Shown here in pieces: positions 22,918 through 33,472 of a stretch of 64,000 nucleotides of DNA (position 1 is the stretch's first letter; each line of letters starts with the position of its first letter). The notes below the pieces were generated by a model, which saw only the letters and a list, made by a program, of their open reading frames with translations, was not told the DNA's origin and did not search any database. Location: contig OW569350.1 of assembly GCA_937625935.1 (NCBI GenBank), positions 186,001-250,000 of the forward strand, given 5' to 3'. Origin of the DNA: Tetramitus jugosus (taxonomy: Eukaryota > Protista > Heterolobosea). The translations under genes and the position numbers were made by a program.

Positions 22918-22996
22918 AGAGGTTGTATCTACTATTGTATCATAAATTGTAAAGAATTAACAAAAAATAAAGGCTTTGTATTGACCAAAAAATTGA

Positions 22997-24622
22997 TCAC
23001 ACGTCGTCATTTTGTTGCTTGGACATGCCCATGCACATATCTAGCAGCATAATTGGTCCCTCCACTGTTTTTGGTTGGCTACTACGAATGAGATACACTG
23101 GAAAGTCATAGTCAAAATCATCGCGAGCAAAACTTAACTTACTCTGCATACGAGATTGAACAAGTGCTCCTGGTGAAATATGTCTTAGATATTCGTGTAC
23201 CGATTGTTGGAGCTTTGTCACTAGATAACCTTCGTCACATGTACCGACCACAATTGCGTCTGCATTATTATACAAAAATTTCAGCTTGAAGCGCTGGTCG
23301 TCATCGATGATTACTAGATGAAATTGAATATTGTGCAGTTGAAGCTTCTCGTGCCTCAACTTGATTTTGTTCCAGTTTAGATACCTCAAAAAGTAGATGA
23401 TATTATCGGATAACTTTTGTCCTCGGTACTGAATGGAGAGTTTCTGAGGAGAGAACTGTTCAGCAAACTTTCGTTGCCTCCTCTTTTGCAATGGGGATGA
23501 TGCTGCTAGCTTTACACCCAATTCTATCTCATTTTCATTCGAAACCAATACAGCACCGAGATTATGAATGCAATAGTCACGGGCTCGTTTGAGCCAATGC
23601 AATCTTTCTTGTCGTCTGGTAACCATTCTAGATGGCTCCAAGTGCGTTCTGTTTATCTTAACAGTGTCTGCCGACTTGTCAGACAAAGGATAATCCTTTT
23701 TATCCTTCTTGTTCACATGTGAACTGGAATCATTGGTGTCACTCTCTGGAGCAACAATAATAATTTCATCCGAAACTGTTGTATTGTCCTGTGGGGTTGT
23801 TTGGTCCAACACAATAGGAATAGGAATTGTGAGATTGGGATCCATTTCACTGCGATCTCCACTCACACATGACTCTTGAGCTACAATTTCGTGAATACGT
23901 GCAAAATATCCATACTGCCCAGCGTCAATCAAAGTTCGATAACAGAAAGCAGGTGACTCTGGTGCCACCAAAGAACTACAATTCGACTGTTCACCACCCA
24001 CAACAACAGGTACTTGTATCGTGATTGCAAGCCGATCTGCATCAAAAGAATCCACTTCTGGTGATGCCTGTACTTGGACGTGAGTACTTGTTGTTGCAGT
24101 GAACTGAGGGGGACTTTTTTCTGACTGCTCAACATCTACCATTGCTTCCTCCTCATCATCGACTTGTTCATCCTCATCCTCACACAGCAACACTGAGCAG
24201 TCAACAGACATTTCAAAATTGTCATCCTCATCTTCATCTTCATTATCAGACATGTGCAATACTCGAGCGAGCGGCTGAGTTGCATTCTTCTTTTTCTGTT
24301 CTTCTATTGCAGAGACACTAGATTCCAAATCAATGTTCACTGGACTGGTAGGAAGACAGATTGTCAATTCAGGCTGTGTTGAGGGAGAGATGCCTTGCAT
24401 CAGATCTGACTGAACCAATGTAGATCTTTGCCTTTGTTGCTGCTGGGCAATGTTGTTCCTTTTTTGGCTCTTTGAGCTGCGTAGTGATGACCGAAAAAAG
24501 CAAGCATACATGAACAGCAACTCACCTTCATTGTAAGATACAGTGGGCTTTCTGTTTGATCTAAGGTTATATGGATGAGGACGATTGGTGTTGCCAATGT
24601 TGTCCTTGCCTCCCGATCTCAT
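22997..24622 (-). CDS. Hypothetical protein (acidic/disordered N-half, globular C-half)
   Basis: 541-codon ORF; no recognised family. Confidence 0.6.
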   Translation of the reverse strand: MRSGGKDNIGNTNRPHPYNLRSNRKPTVSYNEGELLFMYACFFRSSLRSSKSQKRNNIAQQQQRQRSTLVQSDLMQGISPSTQPELTICLPTSPVNIDLESSVSAIEEQKKKNATQPLARVLHMSDNEDEDEDDNFEMSVDCSVLLCEDEDEQVDDEEEAMVDVEQSEKSPPQFTATTSTHVQVQASPEVDSFDADRLAITIQVPVVVGGEQSNCSSLVAPESPAFCYRTLIDAGQYGYFARIHEIVAQESCVSGDRSEMDPNLTIPIPIVLDQTTPQDNTTVSDEIIIVAPESDTNDSSSHVNKKDKKDYPLSDKSADTVKINRTHLEPSRMVTRRQERLHWLKRARDYCIHNLGAVLVSNENEIELGVKLAASSPLQKRRQRKFAEQFSPQKLSIQYRGQKLSDNIIYFLRYLNWNKIKLRHEKLQLHNIQFHLVIIDDDQRFKLKFLYNNADAIVVGTCDEGYLVTKLQQSVHEYLRHISPGALVQSRMQSKLSFARDDFDYDFPVYLIRSSQPKTVEGPIMLLDMCMGMSKQQNDDV

Positions 24623-24876
24623 ACTGGTATGTGTTCTTGTGGTCTTTGTGGTCTACCTCGACGTGTTCCGAAACAGAAGGATAGCAAAAACAACAAGTGA
24701 CATGTGAGATGTTGTTTGTGTGGAAGGGAGAAATGTTCGAGATCAGTGCGACTTCTACGGTTCGAGACGAAGTGTTTTTTCTGGTTTGCGACTCAAGAAA
24801 ATGAGAAAATGATTTATTGTCAGTTCAGGTAGTCAACCTGATTCAAACGATAGTTATTGTTACAATAGTGTACATA

Positions 24877-26178
24877 TTACAATGGACGAGCAGAGTAGAT
24901 TGATCCTTCAATGCTGCACTCGTTGGTTCCTCTTCTGATCCAGAAGTACCCGTTCATTCCTCCCCAGTTTGGTCCCCAACTGTTTGCAACAATCCAGTAA
25001 GGCATTCCAGAAGCACTATCTGTTCCCCAACCGACGATTCTGATGGCATGACCTGCCTGCAATGAACCATAAGTATGAGTGTACACTCCTGTCTTGTAAT
25101 AGTAGAAGTCTGAATAGACATAATAAGAGGCATGAACTGGACCATAGGTCATAATATCAGTCATCACAGCGTTCAAGTCAGTTCTGGCATACTTCTTCAC
25201 AGTGCTAGGGTTGGCTCTGTATCTAACAAAAGAGCCTGAGCCGGTGCATGAGTTGGCACATGGTTTCTGACTTGTGTTGGAAGTGCTGATATAAGGAGTG
25301 CAGGTTTCACTTGTTGTTCCTGTTGCACCCAAGAAGGTCCAAGTCTTTGACATGTAACCTCCTCTGCATCCCAAGTTGTAACTGTTACAGTTGACTTGAT
25401 ATTGAGGTGAGAGATCAACCTTGGTTCTTCCGTTCGAAGCGATACAGATTCTGTCAGATAGAACACCAGCAGCTCCAAATGCCCAACATGCTCCACAACT
25501 TCCCTGAGTCTTCACTGCCGATATGCAATTAGGCCATTTGGTACGAGCATCGAATGAGCTTGGAATTCCACTAGGTGGAGGTGAAGGAGTTGGTGATGGA
25601 GATGGAGCTGGGGTTGGTGATGGAGCAGGCGCTGGAGATGGCGCTGGACTGGGAGATGGTGAAGGTGAAGGCGATGGTTGGTTAGTCTCAGGTCCAAACA
25701 CTAGAGCACCGCTCACACAATGGTATTGAGTAGGGTTGTAACAAGCTCTTCCACAGGCTTTCATTCCAGATGGACACAACTGACCATTGGTGCAAGTGTA
25801 TTGGCTAGGATTGAAGCAAGCACCGTTGCAACATGAGAGAGAACCACAGTTCACACCACCACAAGTTTCTTGAATTCTTCTACTTTCAGGAGCAGTAGCG
25901 TTGTTAAAGATCTCCTCCTCTTCATCCTCTAGTTCAACACCCAAGAGATACTTCAGGTCTCTAACACGCATTCCCTCAAAATTCTTGTTTACACCAGCAG
26001 TCCATGAGGGATTGTTCAAGTTGATACGTTCAACGACAGCCTCATCATCCAAGTCTTCAAAGTCGTGATTGACACCGGCAATGGATCTCGGGAATGCACT
26101 CAAAGTAAATGAGCAGTAATATACAACCAGTAAAAGTACAACCACCAGGATGGCAGAGTTCATTCTTGATGAAGTCAT
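24877..26178 (-). CDS. Secreted cathepsin B-like papain protease with an inserted Cys-rich CBM52-like module and Pro/Ser linker
   Basis: Signal peptide, propeptide WTAGVNKNF, mature start IPSSFDARTKWP, catalytic QGSCGACWAF, GHAIRIVGWG and YWIVANSWG. Confidence 0.92.
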   Translation of the reverse strand: MTSSRMNSAILVVVLLLVVYYCSFTLSAFPRSIAGVNHDFEDLDDEAVVERINLNNPSWTAGVNKNFEGMRVRDLKYLLGVELEDEEEEIFNNATAPESRRIQETCGGVNCGSLSCCNGACFNPSQYTCTNGQLCPSGMKACGRACYNPTQYHCVSGALVFGPETNQPSPSPSPSPSPAPSPAPAPSPTPAPSPSPTPSPPPSGIPSSFDARTKWPNCISAVKTQGSCGACWAFGAAGVLSDRICIASNGRTKVDLSPQYQVNCNSYNLGCRGGYMSKTWTFLGATGTTSETCTPYISTSNTSQKPCANSCTGSGSFVRYRANPSTVKKYARTDLNAVMTDIMTYGPVHASYYVYSDFYYYKTGVYTHTYGSLQAGHAIRIVGWGTDSASGMPYWIVANSWGPNWGGMNGYFWIRRGTNECSIEGSIYSARPL

Positions 26179-26793
26179 CTTGTGAATATGAGTTATGAGA
26201 GTAATTGTTTGTTGTTTGTTGTTTGTTGTTATCATCCTAACACAACAATGATGTTTCTTAAATACCCCACTAAACTCTCCTCGTGTTGAAATCCTTCGAA
26301 TCGTTCCGAAAAGATTCATATCCCGAGACACCTTCACAAAACAATAATCAACCGATGACGTGCGATGGTATCGGAAGGTGTTCAAACTTTGAAATCTTGA
26401 TCTATGTCTCAACTTGGAAATGTTAAGCGTGGGGATATCGGGACTGGGCATAAATGGTGATACAAACTGCCTCACAAACTATTTGTCCTTCCCCGATGTG
26501 TTGTTTCAAATGTCGCATCATTTTCACCTGTTCATCGCTGTGCCGTAAACAAACGGAACTAGTATTACACTGTTCTTTACAGTTCCACTCAGAATCGTCC
26601 TGATGAAACAACTCTTTAAATGACTCTTCATAGTCCACAACGAAGTAGTCAACCTGTCAAGATCTCGAGGAGCTTCAATGAGAGAAAAAAAGGTTGCGGA
26701 GTTTTCCAATGTTTGACAGTTGAAAGCAAAGTGAGTTCACGAGACTGGAGAACAACAAAAACATCTGTCACAACAATCCTTCCCACAATATCA

Positions 26794-29700
26794 ATGGCAG
26801 AAGAACAAGAAGTATCAGCTGCTCCTCCAGTGACTGTTGTGAAAAAGTCAATCAAGGACTTTAAAATCCTTCAGAGGATCGGTGGTGGTGCCGAAGGATC
26901 CGTTCTGTTGGCCACCAATCTCGAAACACAGGAACAAGTGGCCATCAAGTGCATCATTTGTAGGACAGAAGAAGATACGAACAATACGAAACGAGAGCTC
27001 GAATTCTTAATGGACCTCAAGCATGAGAACATTGTGGATCACAAGTTGTACTTTGAGGATGTGAAAAAGACGTTTATGGGATTTGAGAATCGATTCTATC
27101 TTGTGATGGAGTTGTGCCCCGATGGTAGCATGGAACAAATTATTTTGGAGCGCAAGAAACAGAATGTGCCATTCGATCGCGAAACCATTCTCAATTGGAC
27201 ATATCAGATTTGTCAGTGCATGACCTATTTGCACTCGAGTGATATTATACATCGTGATATCAAGAGTGAAAATATTTTGTTGAGTGATGAGTTGAAGAAG
27301 ATTAAGGTGTGTGATTTTGGTTTTGTGCGAAGGTTTGAGCACGTCATGACTGGTACGGTGCTCGGTACCATGGTGTACATGGCACCAGAGATTTTCCAGA
27401 AGAAGAGGTATGATGAAGCGGTGGATATCTGGAGTTTGGGTGTCGTTGTGTTGCAATTGTTGTTGTTGAAGGCTCAGAATGAAGTTCCTGATGTTCGATT
27501 GGACGTTCAAAAGAATCCAAACTATATTCAGGAGTTGTTGAAGGATGAACATCCAAAGATTACTTCCATCATCGAAGGTTGCTTGAGAATTGATCCTGCG
27601 GATAGACCAACTGCATCTGAGATTATGACTTTGATTTCAGATGAAAATGTGACCCAATTCAAAGCCAAGAAGCAAAGAATCTTGTCTGGAGCTGAGAGTC
27701 CACAAGTCACCCCTTCTGATAAGTCGGATGGTACGGATAATGATCAGAATGGATCGGGACAAACCTTCACTGGAGGAGATCCCTTGTCCATCATTACCTC
27801 CAAGAAAGCTGCTGCTTTTTGGGCAGAGAGTGGTTGGACAGATATGACGCAAGTCGATTGGATGGAATTTAAGGAAAAGTACCAGCAGTACATTGGCTAT
27901 AAGAGAACCTTTAAAGCAGAAGAGAGAGGATTCAAAAAGCTATTGTGTGAATTAAATGAAGAGGACAGAAAAGAAGTTGTGACATGTCACAAGTTCAATG
28001 ATTGCACCATTCGAGCAGGCTTTCCATTTGATCGAACTCTGTTGCACAAGATTGAAATGTACACTGAGATTTCTGATTCATCAGATCAGTCAAGAAACTA
28101 TGATGAGCCAATGAGTTTGGACGAATTTGAAACAGCTAAGGATCAATATCTCTCAATGATTGTTAATCACGATCGTATTTTTGTTGATCCAATTTCTCAA
28201 GAGACCTTGGATGTCGATCAGCATTGTGCACCACTGCGTCTTGTAACAGACGAGGAATGGTCACAATTGTTGGCCAGTGAGTATGATATGGATCAGGAGG
28301 ATGATAAGTTGCTTCGTTTAGAACGTTTGGGACAGTTTAATGACAACGAGAAGCACGAGAATGCTATCAATTACTTGGTCAACATCAGAAAAGCCCATAG
28401 ATATATTGTTCTTGGAGCAGCGGCTGCAGGTAAGACTTGTCTGATGAGACTGCTGATGTACAAGGCGGCACTCAAGGCAAAGGAGGATCGAAGTAGTCTC
28501 ATACCAATATTCATTCCTATCACGAATCTCTCATCATTCCAAAGTTTGGAATTTAGATTGAGATGTATTCGTGCCTCTGCCGACTCTATGATGAACCAAT
28601 CGCTGAGATATCCAGATCTAATTGAACACTTTTTGATCACTGTCATCAGAAATCAACGTGCTATGTTGTTGTTCGATGGTATGGATGAAGCAGCTACCTT
28701 GCATGATAAGAGAGCTGTCGAGCATGGTATTTGCCGCATGAGAGCAGGTGCTAATGGTATTATCATTACATCAAGAGTTTCTGGCTTCGAAACTGATGAA
28801 GAAGGAAGATCATTGTTTGAGGACTATACACTCGCTCGTGTTCAACCGTTGAGCTTCCATGTGCAAAAGCAAATTGCAGAAAAGAGAGGAATTAGTGATG
28901 AAATATTCTACAAGTTGTTGAAGGGTAAATATCAGGAACTAGCCAAGACTCCTCTATTGCTTTCTCTGATGATCCAGGAATTCAAGCAAAACAAAAATTT
29001 GCCTGAAGTCAGATCCGATTTGTACAGTCATGCCATTACCACCATGTTCGAGATTTACTTTAGAAAAACCAATCAAAACTTGACAACAAAGGAAGCTGAC
29101 AAAACCAAGGAGGATCTACGAGTCTTCCTAAAGAAACTTGCCTGCCAGCTCCATCAGGAAAGAAGAAGAGATTTCAAGCACGAGGAACTGAAGGGTGATG
29201 AAACATTCGTTAAGACTTGGAACGAATTGAAACCACATATCGATGCTGGAAAGTTCTCATTGATTATTGTGCTCAACGGAAACTACAGATTCAGTCATCT
29301 TTCATTCCAAGAGTACTTTGTTGCTAGCACATGGGCCAGCAGCAAACAGGAGAGTGAAATTAGACAATTTGAAAAGGTATTCTTCCGTGGTAATGTCCTT
29401 AACTTCAATGGAGACAAGATCAAGCAGCTCTTGATTGATCCATGGTACAGAGAAACATTTTTGCTCTGTGCTGGTGCAATGGAAATTGAAGATTTCACAA
29501 AGTTTGCTACCTTCCTTCTTAAATTGTATAAGAAGCAAGGAGGTTTGATCGATGCTATCGTATATAATATGATCAATGAGAGACCAGAATCAGAACAGGC
29601 AAAGCACAAGGATATCGAAAAGAGTCTAAACAGCGAAAGAAAGGTTAAGATTCTTGTTGAGGGACTTACTCATGATAGCGAGGATTTGAGAGAAATGGCC

Positions 29701-31341
29701 CTGGGAAGAATGAAGCTGTATCGTAAGAACACCCGTATTGCAAAAGACTTGTTGAAGTACTTGACTGGCGACAACGAACAAAAGCGCAAGTACGCAGCTA
29801 CAGCGTTGAGTTTAACTGTCACAAAGGGCGAAATTGAAGCGAGAGACAAATTACTTGAAAAACTCAATGATAGCAATGCTCATATCCGTGAACTCGTGGC
29901 CTATGTATTGGGTAACGTTACTGACGTAGGAGATGAAACTGTCATCTCAGCTCTGCTTAAATCTGTTCACGACTCTGATAATACTGTTTCGAGGACTGCA
30001 ATGGAGGCTGTGTGTAAGGTTGGATCTAAGGGTGATGAACGAATTGTTGCAAAAATGATCGAACAACTGAAGAACCCTCAGGCGAGAGTCACTGCATCCA
30101 ATGGATTGGGAGTTGTTTGCATGAAAGGTCACCGAGGTGCCATTGAAGCACTCACTGCTATTTGTGCAGATTGTGAGGAGGCTGCATTGGCACTGAGTCG
30201 ATTATGTGACAAGGGTGATATCACAGTGAGAAACATCTTGATTAATTGTCTGAAACAAATTAAGTTAGACGATGTTAAACTCTTAGAAGCATTGGATAAT
30301 GTTTGTGACAAAACAAAGAACTATGAGATCATCGACTTGTTAGTTGAAGAAATGAAATCTCCAAAGCGTAGAGTTGCATACAGAATGGCTTATGCCTTTG
30401 GTGCTGTTTGTCCAAGAGGTGACCCACTCGCTATTTCCAAGCTTATGGATTGTTTGCAAGACAAGGGATTGAAAGATAAGGCAGCAACCGCTCTGGGTCT
30501 AGTTGCAGATGTTGGTAACGAAGACGTAATCGACAATTTAATTGTTGTTCTTGCTGATAAGGCTGCTCATTTCATTGTCAGAGAGCAAGCAGCGATTGCT
30601 CTCTCAAAAATCACAAAGAGAGGTGATCAGAAAGTGATTAGTGCTCTGTGTGATCGTCTTGGTGATACAGAAGAAGTTATCAACGCTTCTGCTGATACAT
30701 TGGAAATTATTACTGACAAGGACAACAGACATGTGCTCAATGCCTTTTTGAACTTGACAAAGCATCCAGATTCTGGTGTTGTTGAACGTGCTATTCAGAT
30801 TATTGGTCGTATTGCATCACGTGGAGACAGTCTCATCAAGGAATCTCTATTGAACAAGTTGAATAACACAGCCGCTCCAGAGACTGTTCGTTCATTGTGT
30901 GCTCAGAGTTTGGGTCAGGCCTGTGACTTGAATGATGCCAACGTGATAAAAGCGTTGCTTGGATTCGCTCTCGAGGATGAATCCAGTTATGTACGTCGAT
31001 TCTGTCTGGACGCCATTGGTTGCGTTATCCAAAACAGAAATAATGAAGCTGTGACAAACAGCATTTTCGATATGCTGAAGAAGGAAGAATCAGGTGGTCC
31101 AATCGTTGAGCACGCTGTATCTAATCTAGCCAAGATTTGTGACATTCAGGCAATGATTGATATGTTGAAATCCAAGACATACAAAGCAATGAGACCTGTC
31201 TTGTTTGACATTATTGTGAAAGCTATTCGAATTATGAGAGATGAGAATCCAAATTGGAAGTTAGAGCAGACACATATTGACATTTTGAGCAAGTTCAAAT
31301 CTCTAGAATCTACATTTATTCTGCTCGAGAATGCCGGATAA
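26794..31341 (+). CDS. Ser/Thr kinase - (Cbl-type EF-hand-like) - NACHT - HEAT-repeat protein (NLR-like STAND)
   Basis: Kinase motifs VAIK, HRDIKSEN, DFG, YMAPE, DIWSLG. NACHT motifs GAAAAGKT (28414-28437), LLFDGMDE, IITSR, LAKTPLLL, YRFSHLSFQEYFVA, WYRETF. Many ~38-aa HEAT-like repeats (AA.AL....GD..VI..L). Intronless. Confidence 0.9.
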   Translation: MAEEQEVSAAPPVTVVKKSIKDFKILQRIGGGAEGSVLLATNLETQEQVAIKCIICRTEEDTNNTKRELEFLMDLKHENIVDHKLYFEDVKKTFMGFENRFYLVMELCPDGSMEQIILERKKQNVPFDRETILNWTYQICQCMTYLHSSDIIHRDIKSENILLSDELKKIKVCDFGFVRRFEHVMTGTVLGTMVYMAPEIFQKKRYDEAVDIWSLGVVVLQLLLLKAQNEVPDVRLDVQKNPNYIQELLKDEHPKITSIIEGCLRIDPADRPTASEIMTLISDENVTQFKAKKQRILSGAESPQVTPSDKSDGTDNDQNGSGQTFTGGDPLSIITSKKAAAFWAESGWTDMTQVDWMEFKEKYQQYIGYKRTFKAEERGFKKLLCELNEEDRKEVVTCHKFNDCTIRAGFPFDRTLLHKIEMYTEISDSSDQSRNYDEPMSLDEFETAKDQYLSMIVNHDRIFVDPISQETLDVDQHCAPLRLVTDEEWSQLLASEYDMDQEDDKLLRLERLGQFNDNEKHENAINYLVNIRKAHRYIVLGAAAAGKTCLMRLLMYKAALKAKEDRSSLIPIFIPITNLSSFQSLEFRLRCIRASADSMMNQSLRYPDLIEHFLITVIRNQRAMLLFDGMDEAATLHDKRAVEHGICRMRAGANGIIITSRVSGFETDEEGRSLFEDYTLARVQPLSFHVQKQIAEKRGISDEIFYKLLKGKYQELAKTPLLLSLMIQEFKQNKNLPEVRSDLYSHAITTMFEIYFRKTNQNLTTKEADKTKEDLRVFLKKLACQLHQERRRDFKHEELKGDETFVKTWNELKPHIDAGKFSLIIVLNGNYRFSHLSFQEYFVASTWASSKQESEIRQFEKVFFRGNVLNFNGDKIKQLLIDPWYRETFLLCAGAMEIEDFTKFATFLLKLYKKQGGLIDAIVYNMINERPESEQAKHKDIEKSLNSERKVKILVEGLTHDSEDLREMALGRMKLYRKNTRIAKDLLKYLTGDNEQKRKYAATALSLTVTKGEIEARDKLLEKLNDSNAHIRELVAYVLGNVTDVGDETVISALLKSVHDSDNTVSRTAMEAVCKVGSKGDERIVAKMIEQLKNPQARVTASNGLGVVCMKGHRGAIEALTAICADCEEAALALSRLCDKGDITVRNILINCLKQIKLDDVKLLEALDNVCDKTKNYEIIDLLVEEMKSPKRRVAYRMAYAFGAVCPRGDPLAISKLMDCLQDKGLKDKAATALGLVADVGNEDVIDNLIVVLADKAAHFIVREQAAIALSKITKRGDQKVISALCDRLGDTEEVINASADTLEIITDKDNRHVLNAFLNLTKHPDSGVVERAIQIIGRIASRGDSLIKESLLNKLNNTAAPETVRSLCAQSLGQACDLNDANVIKALLGFALEDESSYVRRFCLDAIGCVIQNRNNEAVTNSIFDMLKKEESGGPIVEHAVSNLAKICDIQAMIDMLKSKTYKAMRPVLFDIIVKAIRIMRDENPNWKLEQTHIDILSKFKSLESTFILLENAG

Positions 31342-31383
31342 AGCAAGAGTTGCAATAAAGAAGTAACTTAATCAGAGGACTCC

Positions 31384-33096
31384 TCAATTAACTTGTGATG
31401 CATCTTGTAACAACGTGCCATGGTCCACCCATAGCAACTGAGCAACAAAATCAACACATTCAGCAGCCGCCTTGTCCAGAAGATCAGCTCCAGCCATGCG
31501 GTAGGAGCGTGACTTCCGAACAGGCATAATGTGAACCATGTGCTGTTGCAAAGCGCGCTGCAAGGTGAACTCTACATCGACTCTACGCCACCGAACAGAC
31601 TGCAGATTATGCAGAATATGTTTTGCAAATTCAACATCGCGAACATTGTCCGAAAAGTATCCATTCGAGTTATCGTCGCCATCATGTGGTTCGTGCTCAG
31701 TGCCCTTTAGCTCACCAACTGAAAGATGCCGTATCACTTGTTGCGCTAGTTCTTGTGCGACTTCAACAGAAGGTGTAGAGAGTACTTCACTCGTTGGCTG
31801 TACGGGCTCTATTTCTGCTTCTTTCTGTGGTTCTGGTTCTGTCTGCTTCGTTTCTTCATTGGCCTCAGCAGCAACAACAACATTTCTCATCCTAGGGTGC
31901 AGCAATCCACTCAGATATTTTTCATCTTCAAATCCAGAATAACCTACAATCTTAAACTCTGGAACGCTAGTGTATTTTGGAACGGGATAGGGATTGAAAC
32001 TACGGACACTAGCAGAAGAGAATGGAACACTCATATCAAAGTGAGAAATGGCCAAAGCAGTTCGAAATCGAAACTGCTCCAAAGCTTTCATGTACACACT
32101 GTTTGGATGACTCATAATATCCAACAGGCACATGTTTTGATGCTGTGTCGGGCTCATTGTTCGTCTGCTCTTTCTCCGACTACTGCGCTTTCCACTGCCG
32201 CTGCTGCTGTTGCTACTGCTGTTGGAGCTATGATGTGCATTGCCTCCACCAATATATGTGATACTGTTAGCACTCGTAGCACTATCACAGTCACTGCTAT
32301 TGTTACTGTTGCTACCGCTATTGTTATTATTGGCTTCTAGAATCGTCATCAACATGGGTATTTCATCAGTTAGTGAAAGCTCTTGACCAGTTCTGCCAAC
32401 AACAGTACTTAAGAAGGAGTGAGCGCCGAATCGCCACAGAGCTCTCATGAATGAGCCACCTGGTCTCCTCGATCCCAAATGAGGACTCGTCAGTGTCAGA
32501 AAGCTCGTCGGGACGCACTTTGAGCGCACGGGCGCAAACCTAGCAAAAATTTCAATGGCGCCGCTGTTGCTATCATCGTAGAGGCAATTCTTTTTTTGTT
32601 CGTGGAAGAGCCACGTAATGGCATTGCGGTTGATGAGACCTCCCAAGCTATGACCAATGAACGACAGGTAAATTCGTTCAAATTTTTCATGTAGCTTGTG
32701 TTTATTGACACAATAATCAACAACTTCGAGCGCGTTCAGTTGACCTAGGATCTCAATGCCGTCGTGCGTCCGCCCGTTCGTTGCTCGCACCCGTATCGTG
32801 TAAACGAGCCGGTCCGCGGAGTTTTCAGATGTCGGAGTAATATTACTGTCGTCCTGATTGACCGGAGCTGCGGTGTCATTGTTGTTGTTGTCTGATTCTT
32901 CTTCTGTGGTCATCAGAGTAGTAGGCTCCTTGGACAATATGCTTTGCTCCACAAAATAAAAGTCTTCATCAGTACCATGCAAACCGTGTTGCAGGACAAA
33001 TACGTGACAATGTGAGGACAATGGACAGCGTTGTCGTGTCTTTTGTTGATTGGGAGTGGTGGGAGTAGTAGTGGTGGATACGGGAGAGGATGACAT
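31384..33096 (-). CDS. DUF676 putative serine lipase (ROG1/FAM135-like alpha/beta hydrolase)
   Basis: VFVLQHGLHG, T.DGI..LG, SFIGHSLGGLI.R, FLTLTSPHLG, D.SVPF.SA. Confidence 0.88.
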   Translation of the reverse strand: MSSSPVSTTTTPTTPNQQKTRQRCPLSSHCHVFVLQHGLHGTDEDFYFVEQSILSKEPTTLMTTEEESDNNNNDTAAPVNQDDSNITPTSENSADRLVYTIRVRATNGRTHDGIEILGQLNALEVVDYCVNKHKLHEKFERIYLSFIGHSLGGLINRNAITWLFHEQKKNCLYDDSNSGAIEIFARFAPVRSKCVPTSFLTLTSPHLGSRRPGGSFMRALWRFGAHSFLSTVVGRTGQELSLTDEIPMLMTILEANNNNSGSNSNNSSDCDSATSANSITYIGGGNAHHSSNSSSNSSSGSGKRSSRRKSRRTMSPTQHQNMCLLDIMSHPNSVYMKALEQFRFRTALAISHFDMSVPFSSASVRSFNPYPVPKYTSVPEFKIVGYSGFEDEKYLSGLLHPRMRNVVVAAEANEETKQTEPEPQKEAEIEPVQPTSEVLSTPSVEVAQELAQQVIRHLSVGELKGTEHEPHDGDDNSNGYFSDNVRDVEFAKHILHNLQSVRWRRVDVEFTLQRALQQHMVHIMPVRKSRSYRMAGADLLDKAAAECVDFVAQLLWVDHGTLLQDASQVN

Positions 33097-33472
33097 TTGT
33101 TCGTTGTTGTTTTTTGCGAGTGGAAGAGTGGGATGATGATTTGATACGTTGGTTGAAGATGTTATGTGTTGTTGGTGTGGTCTCTTTTGTTCAAATGGAA
33201 TCAAGAACATGATCGTCTGGTTCGTCCTTGTCTAAACATCGATTATCCCAGACGGACCACCATTCTGCGCACTGTTGTTGGACCATAAAAAGACCAATGG
33301 ATCGAGCGGAATAATAAGGGACTTTTTTTTGGGCGACTATTCGAAAGTCCCTATTGTCACCGATTGAGAGGATTCGAGCTTGTATTCTATTTATTTTATT
33401 CAAATTGTACAGTTGGGTTGTAGGTGTGGATCAGAGCCAACCTACGGAACAATATTTTGTTCTGTTGCACTT

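Noticed and set aside
33200-33470. SECIS element or RNase MRP RNA (GAAAGTCCC)
   Set aside because: The adjacent ORF ends in TAA with no in-frame TGA, and the GAAAGTCCC partner lies 5' in a simple hairpin rather than in the MRP P4 arrangement.
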